Of a stretch of DNA of 64,000 bases, positions 26,046 through 36,361 are shown in pieces (positions within the stretch are counted from its first letter, which is position 1; each line of letters starts with the position of its first letter). The stretch comes from Lysobacterales bacterium (GTDB lineage: Bacteria; Pseudomonadota; Gammaproteobacteria; Xanthomonadales; SZUA-5): NCBI GenBank assembly GCA_022844165.1, contig JALHMH010000008.1:11294-75293 (forward strand), in the 5' to 3' direction. The notes beneath the pieces are model-generated. The model saw only the letters and a program-made list of their open reading frames with translations. It ran no database searches and was not told the DNA's origin. Both the position numbers and the translations under genes were made by a program.

Positions 26046-27944
26046 ATGAAAAACACCATACCCGTGCGCTCGCGTCTTGCGCTCGCTGTGCTTGGCGCGT
26101 TGGTCGCCTCGCCTACCTTCGCGTGGGAGTACAGCAACGGCGACTTTGCGTTAACCACGTCTAACACCTTCAGCTATGGCGTGCAGTCGCGTGTCGAAGA
26201 TCCGGACAATGCCTTGATCGGGAAGGCCAACTTGTTTGTGCCCACGCCGCCTTCGGCGGCGTTGCCAACGGGCATTCCATTTCCTGCCGCCTTGCCGAAC
26301 GCGCAGCAACGCCTGTTGCCCGGTCGTTTTTCGGTCAATAGCGATGATGGCAACCGCAAATGGGACAACGGCGATGTGTTCAGTAACGCCGTCAAGTGGA
26401 ACGGTGAGCTCAGCTGGACGTATGGAGAAAACTGGGGCGGATTTGCCCGTGCCCTGGCCTTCTACGATTACGAAAATCAGCGCCGCGACGATATCAGCGA
26501 TCTGGCCAAAGAAGCAGTAGGCAAGGACGCGCAGCTGCTCGACTTCTTCGTTTACAACAATTTTGCCTGGGGCCAGACCAATGGTTCGGTCCGTCTTGGA
26601 CGGCAAGTGATCAGTTGGGGCGAGAGCACGTTCATCCAGCAGGGCATCAACGTCATCAATCCGATCGATGTTTCGAAACTGCGCGTTGCAGGTTCGGAAT
26701 TGAAAGAGGCGTTCCTGCCGATCGATCAGATTTGGGCAAGCTTGAGCTTCAACGAGAACTTCTCGATCGAAGCCTTGTATATGTTCGAGTTTGAACAAAC
26801 TGAGCCGGAGCCATCTGGAACATACTTCAGTTCGAACGACTTCGCGGCGCTGGGTGGCGAATACGTCATGTTGAACTTCGGTCTGGTGCCGGAGCCGATC
26901 AACTTTGGATTTTGCCCGGCGATCGGCGCCGGCCAAAACCCGGGTGGCTTCGATCCGTTCACGTTGGCGATTCAGCGATCCGCATGCGCTGCTGCAGTGC
27001 CACGTGCGCCGGATCGTTTTGCATCCGAGAGCGGTCAATACGGGCTGGCCGCACGTTACTTCGCGCCAGAAATCAACAACACCGAATTTGGCTTCTACTA
27101 TCTCAACTACCACAGCCGGTTGCCGCTGCTGTCGGGTATCTCGGTGACGAACTCCAATGCAAACTCCGCAAGATACTTCGCGGAGTATCCGGAGGACATC
27201 GAACTTTATGGCTTTAGCTTCAATACCACATTGGAAGGATCTGGCATCGCGTGGCAAGGCGAGCTGAGCTTCCGACCCAACGCGCCGCTGCAGATAGACG
27301 ATGTGGAACTGCTGTTCACGGCGTTGAGTCCGCTCAACGCGGTCATTCCGCAGCCCGTAAATCGCTTTGTCAGCCAACTGGGATCGGTAGGACCGGGCCA
27401 GTACGTCAGAGGTTGGGAGCGCCACGAAATCAGCCAGTTCCAGACGACGCTGACAAAAGTCTTCGGGCCGGAGAACCCGGTAGGCGCCGATCAGATTTCG
27501 GCCGTGCTTGAGGTCGGCGCAACCAAGGTTTGGGACTTGCCGGATCCTTCGGTGCTCCGCTATCAAGGTGACGGTACTGACACCGGCGGCGGCCCGGACT
27601 TCCTGACGGGTGCGTTCCGCAACCCGCAGACCTTGAACAACGGCTTTCCGACCTCGTTTTCGTGGGGCTACCGATTGGCAGGCCGCGCCGATTACAGTAA
27701 CGCCTTCGGGTCGCCATTTACGCTGTCCCCGCGTATCGCATTTAACCATGACGTCAACGGTATCACCCCAGGCCCCGGCGGCAACTTCCTGGAAGATCGC
27801 CGTTCGCTGACTTTGGGTGTGGAAGCCAACTACCTGAATGAGTGGAGCGTCGATTTGAGCTACACGCGATTCTCAGGCGCGGGCATCTTTAATTTGCTCA
27901 ACGATCGCGACTTTGTGGCCTTCACGGCGCGCTACGCGTTCTGA
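26046..27944 (+). CDS. DUF1302 family outer-membrane beta-barrel protein
   Basis: GGAGA RBS (alternative ATG 26034); signal peptide; NSDDGN, RLGRQVISWGES, NYHSRLP, YFAEYPEDI; C-terminal DRDFVAFTARYAF. Confidence 0.88.
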   Translation: MKNTIPVRSRLALAVLGALVASPTFAWEYSNGDFALTTSNTFSYGVQSRVEDPDNALIGKANLFVPTPPSAALPTGIPFPAALPNAQQRLLPGRFSVNSDDGNRKWDNGDVFSNAVKWNGELSWTYGENWGGFARALAFYDYENQRRDDISDLAKEAVGKDAQLLDFFVYNNFAWGQTNGSVRLGRQVISWGESTFIQQGINVINPIDVSKLRVAGSELKEAFLPIDQIWASLSFNENFSIEALYMFEFEQTEPEPSGTYFSSNDFAALGGEYVMLNFGLVPEPINFGFCPAIGAGQNPGGFDPFTLAIQRSACAAAVPRAPDRFASESGQYGLAARYFAPEINNTEFGFYYLNYHSRLPLLSGISVTNSNANSARYFAEYPEDIELYGFSFNTTLEGSGIAWQGELSFRPNAPLQIDDVELLFTALSPLNAVIPQPVNRFVSQLGSVGPGQYVRGWERHEISQFQTTLTKVFGPENPVGADQISAVLEVGATKVWDLPDPSVLRYQGDGTDTGGGPDFLTGAFRNPQTLNNGFPTSFSWGYRLAGRADYSNAFGSPFTLSPRIAFNHDVNGITPGPGGNFLEDRRSLTLGVEANYLNEWSVDLSYTRFSGAGIFNLLNDRDFVAFTARYAF

Positions 27945-27970
27945 CATGGATTGAGGCAGAGGAGAGTAAG

Positions 27971-29326
27971 ATGAGGATGAGAACCAAACTGCTCGGCGCT
28001 CTGCTGAGCCTCGGACTGGCCAGCGGCGCCCATGCCGCAGTGCCAGCAGCGCAGGCTGACCGGCTGGGCAAAGATCTGACGCCGGTCGGCGGCGAGAAAG
28101 GCGCCAACAAAGACAACACTATTCCAGCCTGGGATGGTGGCATCACCCGGCCACCCGCCAACTTCAAGCTTGGCGATTTTCACCCGGATCCGTTTCCCGG
28201 TGACAAACCGCAATTGCAGTTGACGCAGGCCAACTACAAGGACCATGCAGCCAAGTTGTCCGTCGGCCAACAGGCGATGTTTGCGAAGTATCCGACGTTC
28301 CGGATGGATATCTATCCTACCCGGCGTTCGGCTTCGTTTCCGCAACGCATCTACGACATGACCAAGCGCAATGCCACGACTGCCAAGATGATTGGCGAAG
28401 GTGCGGGCGTGGAAAATGCAGCCGAAGGCTTCCCGTTCCCGATTCCCTCCGACGGCTACCAGGTCATTTGGAACCATAAGCTCAAGTACAAGGGCGTCTC
28501 GGTTCGACGCTGGGCAAATCAAGCGGCGCCAACGGCAACCGGTGCATTCACGCCCATTCGCATTCGCGAAGAGCTGCTTGGATTGTATTGGAAGGAAGGC
28601 AATACCATCGCCGACATCAATAACGTTCTGACCTACTTCTATCAAGAAGTGCTGGCGCCCGCCCGCCTGGCAGGTAACGTTTTGTTGGTGCATGAGACAT
28701 TGAACCAGGAAGCGCAGCAACGTCAGGCGTGGGTGTACAACCCGGGTCAGCGCCGCGTGCGCAAAGCGCCGAATGTGGCTTACGATAATCCAGGCACTGC
28801 ATCGGATGCGCTTCGAACGAACGATATGACCGATATGTTCAATGGCGCGTTAGATCGCTTCGAGTGGAAGCTGGTGGGCAAGCGCGAGATGCTGATTCCG
28901 TACAATACGTACAAGGCTCACGCCAAAGGGCTGGACTACAAGACGCTGATCCGTCCTGGGCATCTGAATCCAGATGTCATGCGCTATGAACTGCATCGCG
29001 TCTGGGTGGTTGAAGCCACGCTCCGCAGTGGTTTCCGCCACATCAACAGTCGCCGCACTTTCTTCCTTGACGAAGACAGCTGGCAGATCGCCATGATCGA
29101 CCACTATGACAGTCAGGGTCAGCTTTGGCGCTACAGCGAAGCGGCGATCGTCAATTACTACGAACAGCCGGTGCTTTGGACCACACTCGAAACGCACCAC
29201 GATCTGAAATCAGGACGTTACATCGTGTCCGGTATCGACAACCAAGAAGAATCCTACAACTTCTCGTTTGTGACGTCGCCGGAGAATTATTCCCCGCAGG
29301 CGCTGAGAAGCCGCGGCGTCCGTTGA
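27971..29326 (+). CDS. DUF1329 family periplasmic protein (LolA-like fold)
   Basis: LTPVGGEKGAN, IPAWDGG, YPTRRS, WVYNPGQRRVRKAP, RYELHRVWVVEATL, DEDSW. Confidence 0.92.
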   Translation: MRMRTKLLGALLSLGLASGAHAAVPAAQADRLGKDLTPVGGEKGANKDNTIPAWDGGITRPPANFKLGDFHPDPFPGDKPQLQLTQANYKDHAAKLSVGQQAMFAKYPTFRMDIYPTRRSASFPQRIYDMTKRNATTAKMIGEGAGVENAAEGFPFPIPSDGYQVIWNHKLKYKGVSVRRWANQAAPTATGAFTPIRIREELLGLYWKEGNTIADINNVLTYFYQEVLAPARLAGNVLLVHETLNQEAQQRQAWVYNPGQRRVRKAPNVAYDNPGTASDALRTNDMTDMFNGALDRFEWKLVGKREMLIPYNTYKAHAKGLDYKTLIRPGHLNPDVMRYELHRVWVVEATLRSGFRHINSRRTFFLDEDSWQIAMIDHYDSQGQLWRYSEAAIVNYYEQPVLWTTLETHHDLKSGRYIVSGIDNQEESYNFSFVTSPENYSPQALRSRGVR

Positions 29327-29345
29327 GCGTTCGAAAGTGGTATCA

Positions 29346-29380
29346 GAACGCCGGCCCGGTGGTGAACTTGGCCGGCGTTC
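29346..29380 (+). terminator. Intra-operon hairpin (terminator or mRNA-stabilising stem)
   Basis: GAACGCCGGCC ... GGCCGGCGTTC 11-bp inverted repeat with a weak U tract. Confidence 0.45.
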
Positions 29381-29419
29381 GCATTTGTGGGTTGGGTTCA
29401 ATTCTGGCTGGGGAACGGC

Positions 29420-30496
29420 ATGAGAATTTCGAAACGCGCGCTCGGGTTGCTGGGATTTGTTTGGCTCGGTGGGCTGTCGGCGCAAGATAAGACTTCGCCG
29501 CCGGCGTCGGTTTGGGCCGATCCGGCCACGGCGCCAGCGGAGACGCTCGATCTGGCGCGTATCCAGCGATCATTATTGGTCGATGTGGCGGAAGCACGGG
29601 ATCGCGCCGTCATTGTCGGTGACCGAGGGCATATCCTGGTGTCCGAATCACGCAGCGAATGGCGTCAGGTCCCTGTGCCGACACGCGTGCTGCTCACAGC
29701 GGTGACGGCAGTCGACAATCGGCTTTGGGCCGTGGGTCACGATCAGGTGATTGTCTACAGTAGCGATGGTGGCTTAACGTGGACCTTGCAGAATTCGGAT
29801 ATCGCGGCTGAAGGTCCACTTTTAGATGTGGTGTTTCTCGATGGCGAACGTGGCTTTGCGATTGGCGCCTACGGCCAGTTCCTGAGTACTTCGAACTCTG
29901 GCGCCAGTTGGGAAGTGCAAACGATCAGCGATCGTGTTGCCGGCGTCGATCCTTCCTCCGTGCCGGTTGACGAGCCCGACGACGAGGCATTAGATGATGG
30001 GTCGATGCTTGCCAGCACCGACGTTGGTGAAGACGAAGGTGACCCACACTTAAATGCCATCGCCCGCACCAACGCCGGTTTACTGATCGTTGGCGAAGCC
30101 GGCTCCGTGTACCGGTCAATCGATGATGGCGCGACTTGGGAGCGCTCGGATCTCCCCTATGACGGTTCGATGTTCACCCTGGTTCCACTCGACAACGGTC
30201 GAATTGTCGCCGCTGGGCTTCGTGGCAACGTTTTTGTGACCGGTGATCTAGGTCGAAGCTGGCTATCGATAAGCTCGGGTACGGAAGCCAGCATATTCGG
30301 CGGTGCGGCTGTCGGAGGTAGTCGCGCACTGCTGGTAGGTGCGAGCGGCACCCTCCTCTTGGCGTCTGCAGATACGCTTGAACTAAGGCTTTCGACGTTC
30401 GCCGATGGCGGCATCATGAGTGCGGCGCTACCGATCAGCGAATCGGAGTTCGTGCTTGTTGGAGAGAACGGCGTGGCCACGCATTCCATTCATTAA
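29420..30496 (+). CDS. YCF48-like BNR/Asp-box beta-propeller protein
   Basis: VGDRGHIL, SSDGGLTW, TSNSGASW, SIDDGATW, GLRGNVF. Confidence 0.88.
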   Translation: MRISKRALGLLGFVWLGGLSAQDKTSPPASVWADPATAPAETLDLARIQRSLLVDVAEARDRAVIVGDRGHILVSESRSEWRQVPVPTRVLLTAVTAVDNRLWAVGHDQVIVYSSDGGLTWTLQNSDIAAEGPLLDVVFLDGERGFAIGAYGQFLSTSNSGASWEVQTISDRVAGVDPSSVPVDEPDDEALDDGSMLASTDVGEDEGDPHLNAIARTNAGLLIVGEAGSVYRSIDDGATWERSDLPYDGSMFTLVPLDNGRIVAAGLRGNVFVTGDLGRSWLSISSGTEASIFGGAAVGGSRALLVGASGTLLLASADTLELRLSTFADGGIMSAALPISESEFVLVGENGVATHSIH

Positions 30497-30511
30497 ACGG
30501 GAGAGCACGTC

Positions 30512-33022
30512 ATGGCAGGAATGGGTTCGAACGACGTCAGCTACCCGCGACTGGAGAAGCTGATCTTTGGTAACCGCGGAATCGTACTCGGTATCTTCAT
30601 TCTGATTACGCTCGGTTTCCTAATGGCGGCGATGCAACTTCGCATCGATGCCGGGTTCCGCAAGCAGTTACCGCTGAATCATGAGTACATGCAGACCTTC
30701 GTCGACTACGAGACGGAGTTTGGCGGCGCAAATCGCGTTTTCGTTGCGCTGATCGACAAACGCGGTGATATGTTCAACAAAGAGTTTTTCACGGCTTTGG
30801 AGAAGGCGACGGAGCAGGTTAAGGCGATCAGCGAAGTGGACAATTCGCGAGTGCGATCGATCTTTACGCCAAATACGCGCTTTGTCGAAATCGTAGAAGG
30901 TGGATTCGCGGGCGGAAACGTTATCCCGGCAGATTTCTCGACGACCGCGCCAGATTTCAATCCGACCGCTGACGATTTCGATGCAATCCGAACCAATATC
31001 GTAAAAGCGGGAATTGTCGGGCGCCTTGTTGCGAAAGACTTCTCTGGCGCGATGGTTCAAGCAGAGTTGATTCCTGAGACGGCTGCAGAAGGTGGCAAAC
31101 TCGACTACCAAGGGGTCGGCGATAAACTCGAGCAGATTCGTGCTGCCATCGAAAACAATAATATCAGTGTGCATATTATCGGGTTTACGAAGGTGGTTGA
31201 CGACATCGCCGATGGTGCCAGGTCGGTCATTTACTTCTTTCTGCTCACAGTCGTCTTTACTTTCATTCTGCTCTACGTCTACTCGACTTCGTTCAAGCTC
31301 GCGATGTTGACGGTCGTGGCGGCTTTCGTGGCAGTCATCTGGATGCTTGGTGCTTTGCGTTTGATGGGTTTTGGTATTGACCCGATGAACATGCTGACAC
31401 CATTCCTGATATTCGCCATCGCAGTCAGTCACGGCGAGCAGATGATCAATCGCTATCGCGGCGAGGTGTTTTTCGGTGGGCTCGAAGAGGGTACACCTGA
31501 GGAGTTGGAGAAGCGTCAAGGAGTGTCAAGCGAGGAGGCAGCGAAGAGTGCATTCCGACGCTTGTTGATTCCCGGTTGCGTCGCCTTGCTCGCCGGGTGC
31601 ATTGGCTTCGGGACGATTCTACTGATCCCAGTGAAGATGATCTTTGAGTTGGCTGTGACAGCCACGGTTGGCGTCTTTTTGACGATATTTACCAACTTGA
31701 TCCTGCTGCCCATTCTGTTGTCTTACACCAAGCTGTCGAACCTGCCTAAGAAGCGTGCGTTCCGCTTGCGGCAGATCACAGCATTCGATCACATTTGGGC
31801 GTTTTTGACACGTTTCTCCCGCCCCGCAGTGGCCGCGGGCATCATTGTGATGGGTTTGGTGGTGTGGTTCTTCGCGCACAAACATGCCGAGCAAATGATG
31901 GTCGGCGATGCACGGGATGGTGTTGCCGAATTGCGCGACGACGCGCGGTACAACCAGGACGCGCGCGAGATTACGCAGCGATTTTCGCTGTCGACCGACA
32001 TCATCAACATCATTGCCGAAGTGGGTCCTTTCGCATGTACCGAGAGTTTCCGGGCGATGGAGACGCTCGACCGTTTCGCATGGCATATGCAGAATGTTGA
32101 GGGCGTGCAGCAAGTTATCACCCTCTCGCACGTCGGGCGAATGGTCACGGCCGGCTATAACGAAGGCAGTCCGCGCTGGCGCGCTTTGCCTAGAAACGCT
32201 GAGGTCATGCGCCAGAGTTTGCAAAGCGTCGAGACAGATTCGGGATTGATCGATGCGCCAGAATGCAGAGCGATGCCGGTTATTGTCTTTACCACCGATC
32301 ACAAAGCAGAGACGATCACGCGTGTGGTCAATGCGGTGAAATCGTTCCGTGAGAAGAACCAGGCTTTCGACATGAGTTTTCGTGTCGAGCGCGACAAGGC
32401 GGAAGTCGCGGCGATGGAAACCGGCGAGGAGTATCGAACCGATCAGGTCAACCTGCGTCTGGCGACCGGCAGCGTAGGCGTTGCCGCAGCAATCAATGAG
32501 ACGGTCAGCGAACTCGAAAAACCGATGCTCTATTTGTTGTATGTAGCCGTGTTCTTGATGTGCATTCTGAGTTTCAAGAACCCGCTTGCAGCTTTGTGCA
32601 TTGTTTTGCCGCTCATTCTGGTGACAGCGCTCGGTGAGGCCTTAATGGTCGAGCTTGGTATAGGCCTCAAAGTCAATACCCTCACGGTCGTCGCCCTGGG
32701 GGTCGGCATCGGTGTCGATTATGCGATTTACATTTTTGCGCGAATGCGCGAGCTGATGCTTCAGGGTAAGGGGCTGAGTCAAGCTTACTTTGAAGCACTG
32801 AAAACGACCGGAATTGCCATCTTCTACACCGCGCTGACGCTGGCTTGCGGTGTGGCAACATGGATATTCTCGGAGCTCAAATTCCAGGCGGACATGGGCT
32901 TGATGCTGACCTTCATGTTTGTAGTCAATATGATCGCCGCCATCGTCTTCCTGCCAGCATTGTGCCGCTGGTTATTGAAGCCTTTCGAGAAAGTGGAGTG
33001 GACCCCGCCCAAATCTGCTTAG
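30512..33022 (+). CDS. RND/MMPL family transporter
   Basis: Two TM bundles separated by periplasmic loops; FLIFAIAVSHG, ALGVGIGVDYAIY, FQADMG. Confidence 0.92.
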   Translation: MAGMGSNDVSYPRLEKLIFGNRGIVLGIFILITLGFLMAAMQLRIDAGFRKQLPLNHEYMQTFVDYETEFGGANRVFVALIDKRGDMFNKEFFTALEKATEQVKAISEVDNSRVRSIFTPNTRFVEIVEGGFAGGNVIPADFSTTAPDFNPTADDFDAIRTNIVKAGIVGRLVAKDFSGAMVQAELIPETAAEGGKLDYQGVGDKLEQIRAAIENNNISVHIIGFTKVVDDIADGARSVIYFFLLTVVFTFILLYVYSTSFKLAMLTVVAAFVAVIWMLGALRLMGFGIDPMNMLTPFLIFAIAVSHGEQMINRYRGEVFFGGLEEGTPEELEKRQGVSSEEAAKSAFRRLLIPGCVALLAGCIGFGTILLIPVKMIFELAVTATVGVFLTIFTNLILLPILLSYTKLSNLPKKRAFRLRQITAFDHIWAFLTRFSRPAVAAGIIVMGLVVWFFAHKHAEQMMVGDARDGVAELRDDARYNQDAREITQRFSLSTDIINIIAEVGPFACTESFRAMETLDRFAWHMQNVEGVQQVITLSHVGRMVTAGYNEGSPRWRALPRNAEVMRQSLQSVETDSGLIDAPECRAMPVIVFTTDHKAETITRVVNAVKSFREKNQAFDMSFRVERDKAEVAAMETGEEYRTDQVNLRLATGSVGVAAAINETVSELEKPMLYLLYVAVFLMCILSFKNPLAALCIVLPLILVTALGEALMVELGIGLKVNTLTVVALGVGIGVDYAIYIFARMRELMLQGKGLSQAYFEALKTTGIAIFYTALTLACGVATWIFSELKFQADMGLMLTFMFVVNMIAAIVFLPALCRWLLKPFEKVEWTPPKSA

Positions 33023-33057
33023 CGATTGGCTTCGCCGAAGCCCCGATTGATGAGGCT

Positions 33058-33088
33058 CAACGAGGCGGCGCTCAGCGCCGCTTCGTTG
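33058..33088. terminator. Strong hairpin after the RND gene
   Basis: CAACGAGGCGGCG-CTCAG-CGCCGCTTCGTTG. Confidence 0.5.
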
Positions 33089-33385
33089 TTGGGCAACAAA
33101 GAAGGCGAAGATCGCCATTGTTGCGTGGCGACCGGAGCTGCGTCGCAAGATGCGTGCGCTCAGAATCCGCGGCACCACGAATGAATGGCAAGTGGCAAGG
33201 TCGGTGCGCCGTCGTCGGCCGCATTCTCCAAACAGCGATGTCTCCGTGGTGTGGCGTCGATCGGACTGCATTGAACTTCGATCCGAGGACCAGGTTCGAC
33301 TGCTGAAGGCGCCTTTTGGCTGCGGACGATGATCCACTCGGTATCATTCGATGTTGGATCGCTCGCCCGAGAGGAGACGGATCCC

Positions 33386-36361
33386 GTGAAACGATCTATC
33401 CGGCCCCGTGACGCTCCGGTCCAATCACGCGATTGCATGACCAGGCAATTTGCTTGCGCTGCTTTTTTCTTTCTTGCCCACTCGATCTCTGGTGATGCTT
33501 CCGAGCGGCGGACTTTGCCAGCACCGTTGGCGCGAATTCCGATGGAGCTGGATTGGACGGCATACAAGGTATTCGACAGCAATTCCGGCCTGCCGCAGAA
33601 CACGGTGCTGGCCATTGGCCAAGACGACTTCGGCTTCATCTTTGTTGGCACCGAGCGTGGATTGGCCCGATACGATGGGCGGGCGTTTGAGGCGGTGCCT
33701 TTGGGCGAAAGCTCAGAGCCGGTTCGCGCCATTTCGAATGCAGATCATGCGCTCTGGGTGGGTACCGATTCTGGTATCTGGCGTCTGGCTGAAGATATGG
33801 CGCGGCCTGTTCATATCGCGGTTCCTGGGGTGAATCGATTCCTCCCCAGCACCGATCTGATGTGGGTTGCAACGACCGTAGGGCTTTGGCGTTGCGCCTA
33901 CGCCGATGTCCGCAGCGATCGCCGTTGTGAACGGATCGAAGCGACAAGAGAACTGGGCATTCGAAGTCTGTTGGCCGACGGGGTCGATGCGCTGTGGCTG
34001 GGAACCAACGGACAAGGACTTCGACGTCTCGTGGATCTTCGTGGTGTACCGAGGCTCGATGACTTCCATTTCGACCGCGACGATGGTGTGCCCAACAATA
34101 TCGTCATCTCCCTGGGGACGTGGCGAGGTGATTTGTGGATTGGCGCGGGGCGTGGTTTTGCGCGGTTACGCGATGATCGTCTTCGCGTCTGGTCTGCGGC
34201 CAGCGGTCTGGCGCCCGCAATGGCTTTTGATTTCGACGCGGGCGAAGATGGCATGTCTGTTGCGATGCGACCTGGCGGCATCGTACGCGTCGATGCAGCG
34301 GACAACTGGTATTCACAGCGGGGCGCGAATGGTCTGCCCGACGACAATGTGCAGGTGTTGTTTCGCGAGCGACACACGCGGAACTTGTGGATCGGCACTT
34401 ACGGCGGCGGAATTGCCCGCGAAGAACGCGGGCGATTCGCTGTTCTTGACCAGCGCCGGGGTTTGCCCGATCGCGCGGTAGTTGGGCTCGGTTTGATCGA
34501 AGATCAGCTGTGGGTTGGCACGCCACGTGGCGCGGTCGTTTGGCAAGATGGCGCTTTTGTGCCGCTACTGCCAGATGCCTATGCCGATCTCCACGTCCGT
34601 GCGGCGTTGCGGACGGAAGGCGGCGAGCGCCTCATCGCGACCGACCGCGGTCTGCTGCTGCAACGCAGCGACGGTGAGGTGGTGGAGTACACCGTCGACA
34701 ATTCTGAGTTGCCGGCCGTTGCGGCCAACGATCTTGCGCGAACAGGCGGAATCGTATGGGTCGCAACCAGTCATGGACTCGCGCGCTGGACCGCGACAGA
34801 GGGTCTGCGCGGAATGCGCGACGCCGACGGTTTGCCAGACGGTGCGGCCATTCAAGCGATGGCCAGCGATAGCGTCGAACGCCTGGTTGTTGCGACAGAC
34901 AAAGGTGTCTGGCGATGGCAGGACGGGAGATTCGAGCCTGCCCGCGATGCTTGCGTTGGTCGGTTGGCGATCAACGATCTGAGCATCGACAGAGAGCGAA
35001 TCTTGATTGCGGCGCGCGAACGCCTTGTGGCATGGACGCCTGGCCGTGGGTGCAGCGATGTACCGAACTCGCCGAAGGGCGATGGCTGGACCCATATTCG
35101 CCATAAGCCAGGCGGTTTTGCAGCCAGCAATGCCCAAGGTCTTTGGCTGGTCGATGAGCGCGGTGCGCGGCTCTTTGGACTGGATGATGGCATGCCTTCG
35201 CGCGAGCTGGCTCGGGGCAACACGCTCGCCATCGACGCTTCGGCCCGCGTTTTCGTCGGCACGCATCTGGGCGTCGGCGCCTTGCGTGATGTGCAGATCG
35301 AACCGAACCGACCGGCGCCATTGCGTCTTTGGGCCAGTCTTGCCGATGGTACGCCGATAGCTTCCGGTACAACGCTCTCTCGGTCTGAGGCCAGCGTGCA
35401 TTTTCGCTACCGGCTGCTCAACTTCGATCGCGAACATCTGCATCGATACGCCAGGCAACTGTCCAGCATCGATTCGAGCATCGTGCGCGACGCGAGTGCT
35501 GCTGAAAGCGATTATGTCCGACTGCCAGCAGGTTCCTATCAATTTCGGGTGTGGGGCGCCGACGCCGATGGAACCGAATCTGGCCCGCTGACGTTTAGCT
35601 TCACGGTCGCAGCGCCATGGTGGCAACGCTGGCCCACCTTGGTCGCAGGTGCTGCGCTCCTGTTAGCCGGTGGTGTGCTGGTTGGGCGTCTCAGGACGCG
35701 AGCTTTGCAGCGCCGTGCAATCGAATTGCAGGAGCAAGTCCAACTGCGAACGTCCGAACTTGCCGAAGCGAATCAACGCCTCGCACAGGCGGCGCTGGCG
35801 GATCCGCTCACCGGTTTGCGCAATCGCAGATACTTGACCCAAATCCAGTCCGACGAAGAAGAGCGGGCCACGCGCCGGACACGCGCTGGCGATCGTCATG
35901 CAGACCTGGTGGTGGTTCTGCTGGACCTGGATCATTTCAAACACATCAACGACCAGTACGGGCACCCGGCAGGCGATGCGGTGCTTGTGGCCACCGCGCA
36001 GCGTCTGACGGGTGTGGCACGCGCGGGTGACGCGGTGCTGCGTTGGGGCGGCGAGGAGTTTTTGTTGCTCATGCGCGATAGCGATCGCGGCGCGCTCGTA
36101 GAGATTGCCGGTCGTGTGCTCGCCGCGGTCCATGGCGATGTTGAGTTCGGTGGCCGTCGCATCGCAGTCACCGCCAGCGCAGGCGTTGTGGCCTTTCCGG
36201 TGTATCGTCGGCCGGATGCTGGTTTGAACGAAGCCATTGTGATTGCCGACGGCGCTCTGTACGCGGCCAAACGCAACGGCCGGGATGGTGCCGTTGCGAT
36301 ACACAATGACGAACAGATTTGGATCAAACGCCCATGGATCGACAGCAGTTCATCGAGTTAG
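33386..36361 (+). CDS. Diguanylate cyclase with periplasmic ligand-binding beta-propeller (Reg_prop repeats), Y_Y_Y domain and TM helix
   Basis: GLPQNTV and LWVGT repeats; LPAGSYQFRV; DPLTGLRNRR, DLDHFKHIND, I-site RAGD, GGEEF. Start uncertain: GTG 33386 has a GAGGAG RBS; ATG 33437 is the alternative. Confidence 0.9.
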   Translation: MKRSIRPRDAPVQSRDCMTRQFACAAFFFLAHSISGDASERRTLPAPLARIPMELDWTAYKVFDSNSGLPQNTVLAIGQDDFGFIFVGTERGLARYDGRAFEAVPLGESSEPVRAISNADHALWVGTDSGIWRLAEDMARPVHIAVPGVNRFLPSTDLMWVATTVGLWRCAYADVRSDRRCERIEATRELGIRSLLADGVDALWLGTNGQGLRRLVDLRGVPRLDDFHFDRDDGVPNNIVISLGTWRGDLWIGAGRGFARLRDDRLRVWSAASGLAPAMAFDFDAGEDGMSVAMRPGGIVRVDAADNWYSQRGANGLPDDNVQVLFRERHTRNLWIGTYGGGIAREERGRFAVLDQRRGLPDRAVVGLGLIEDQLWVGTPRGAVVWQDGAFVPLLPDAYADLHVRAALRTEGGERLIATDRGLLLQRSDGEVVEYTVDNSELPAVAANDLARTGGIVWVATSHGLARWTATEGLRGMRDADGLPDGAAIQAMASDSVERLVVATDKGVWRWQDGRFEPARDACVGRLAINDLSIDRERILIAARERLVAWTPGRGCSDVPNSPKGDGWTHIRHKPGGFAASNAQGLWLVDERGARLFGLDDGMPSRELARGNTLAIDASARVFVGTHLGVGALRDVQIEPNRPAPLRLWASLADGTPIASGTTLSRSEASVHFRYRLLNFDREHLHRYARQLSSIDSSIVRDASAAESDYVRLPAGSYQFRVWGADADGTESGPLTFSFTVAAPWWQRWPTLVAGAALLLAGGVLVGRLRTRALQRRAIELQEQVQLRTSELAEANQRLAQAALADPLTGLRNRRYLTQIQSDEEERATRRTRAGDRHADLVVVLLDLDHFKHINDQYGHPAGDAVLVATAQRLTGVARAGDAVLRWGGEEFLLLMRDSDRGALVEIAGRVLAAVHGDVEFGGRRIAVTASAGVVAFPVYRRPDAGLNEAIVIADGALYAAKRNGRDGAVAIHNDEQIWIKRPWIDSSSSS

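Noticed and set aside
33089-33385. ncRNA or small gene in the gap between the RND and cyclase genes
   Set aside because: No recognisable RNA family, and the short ORFs lack RBS or motif support.
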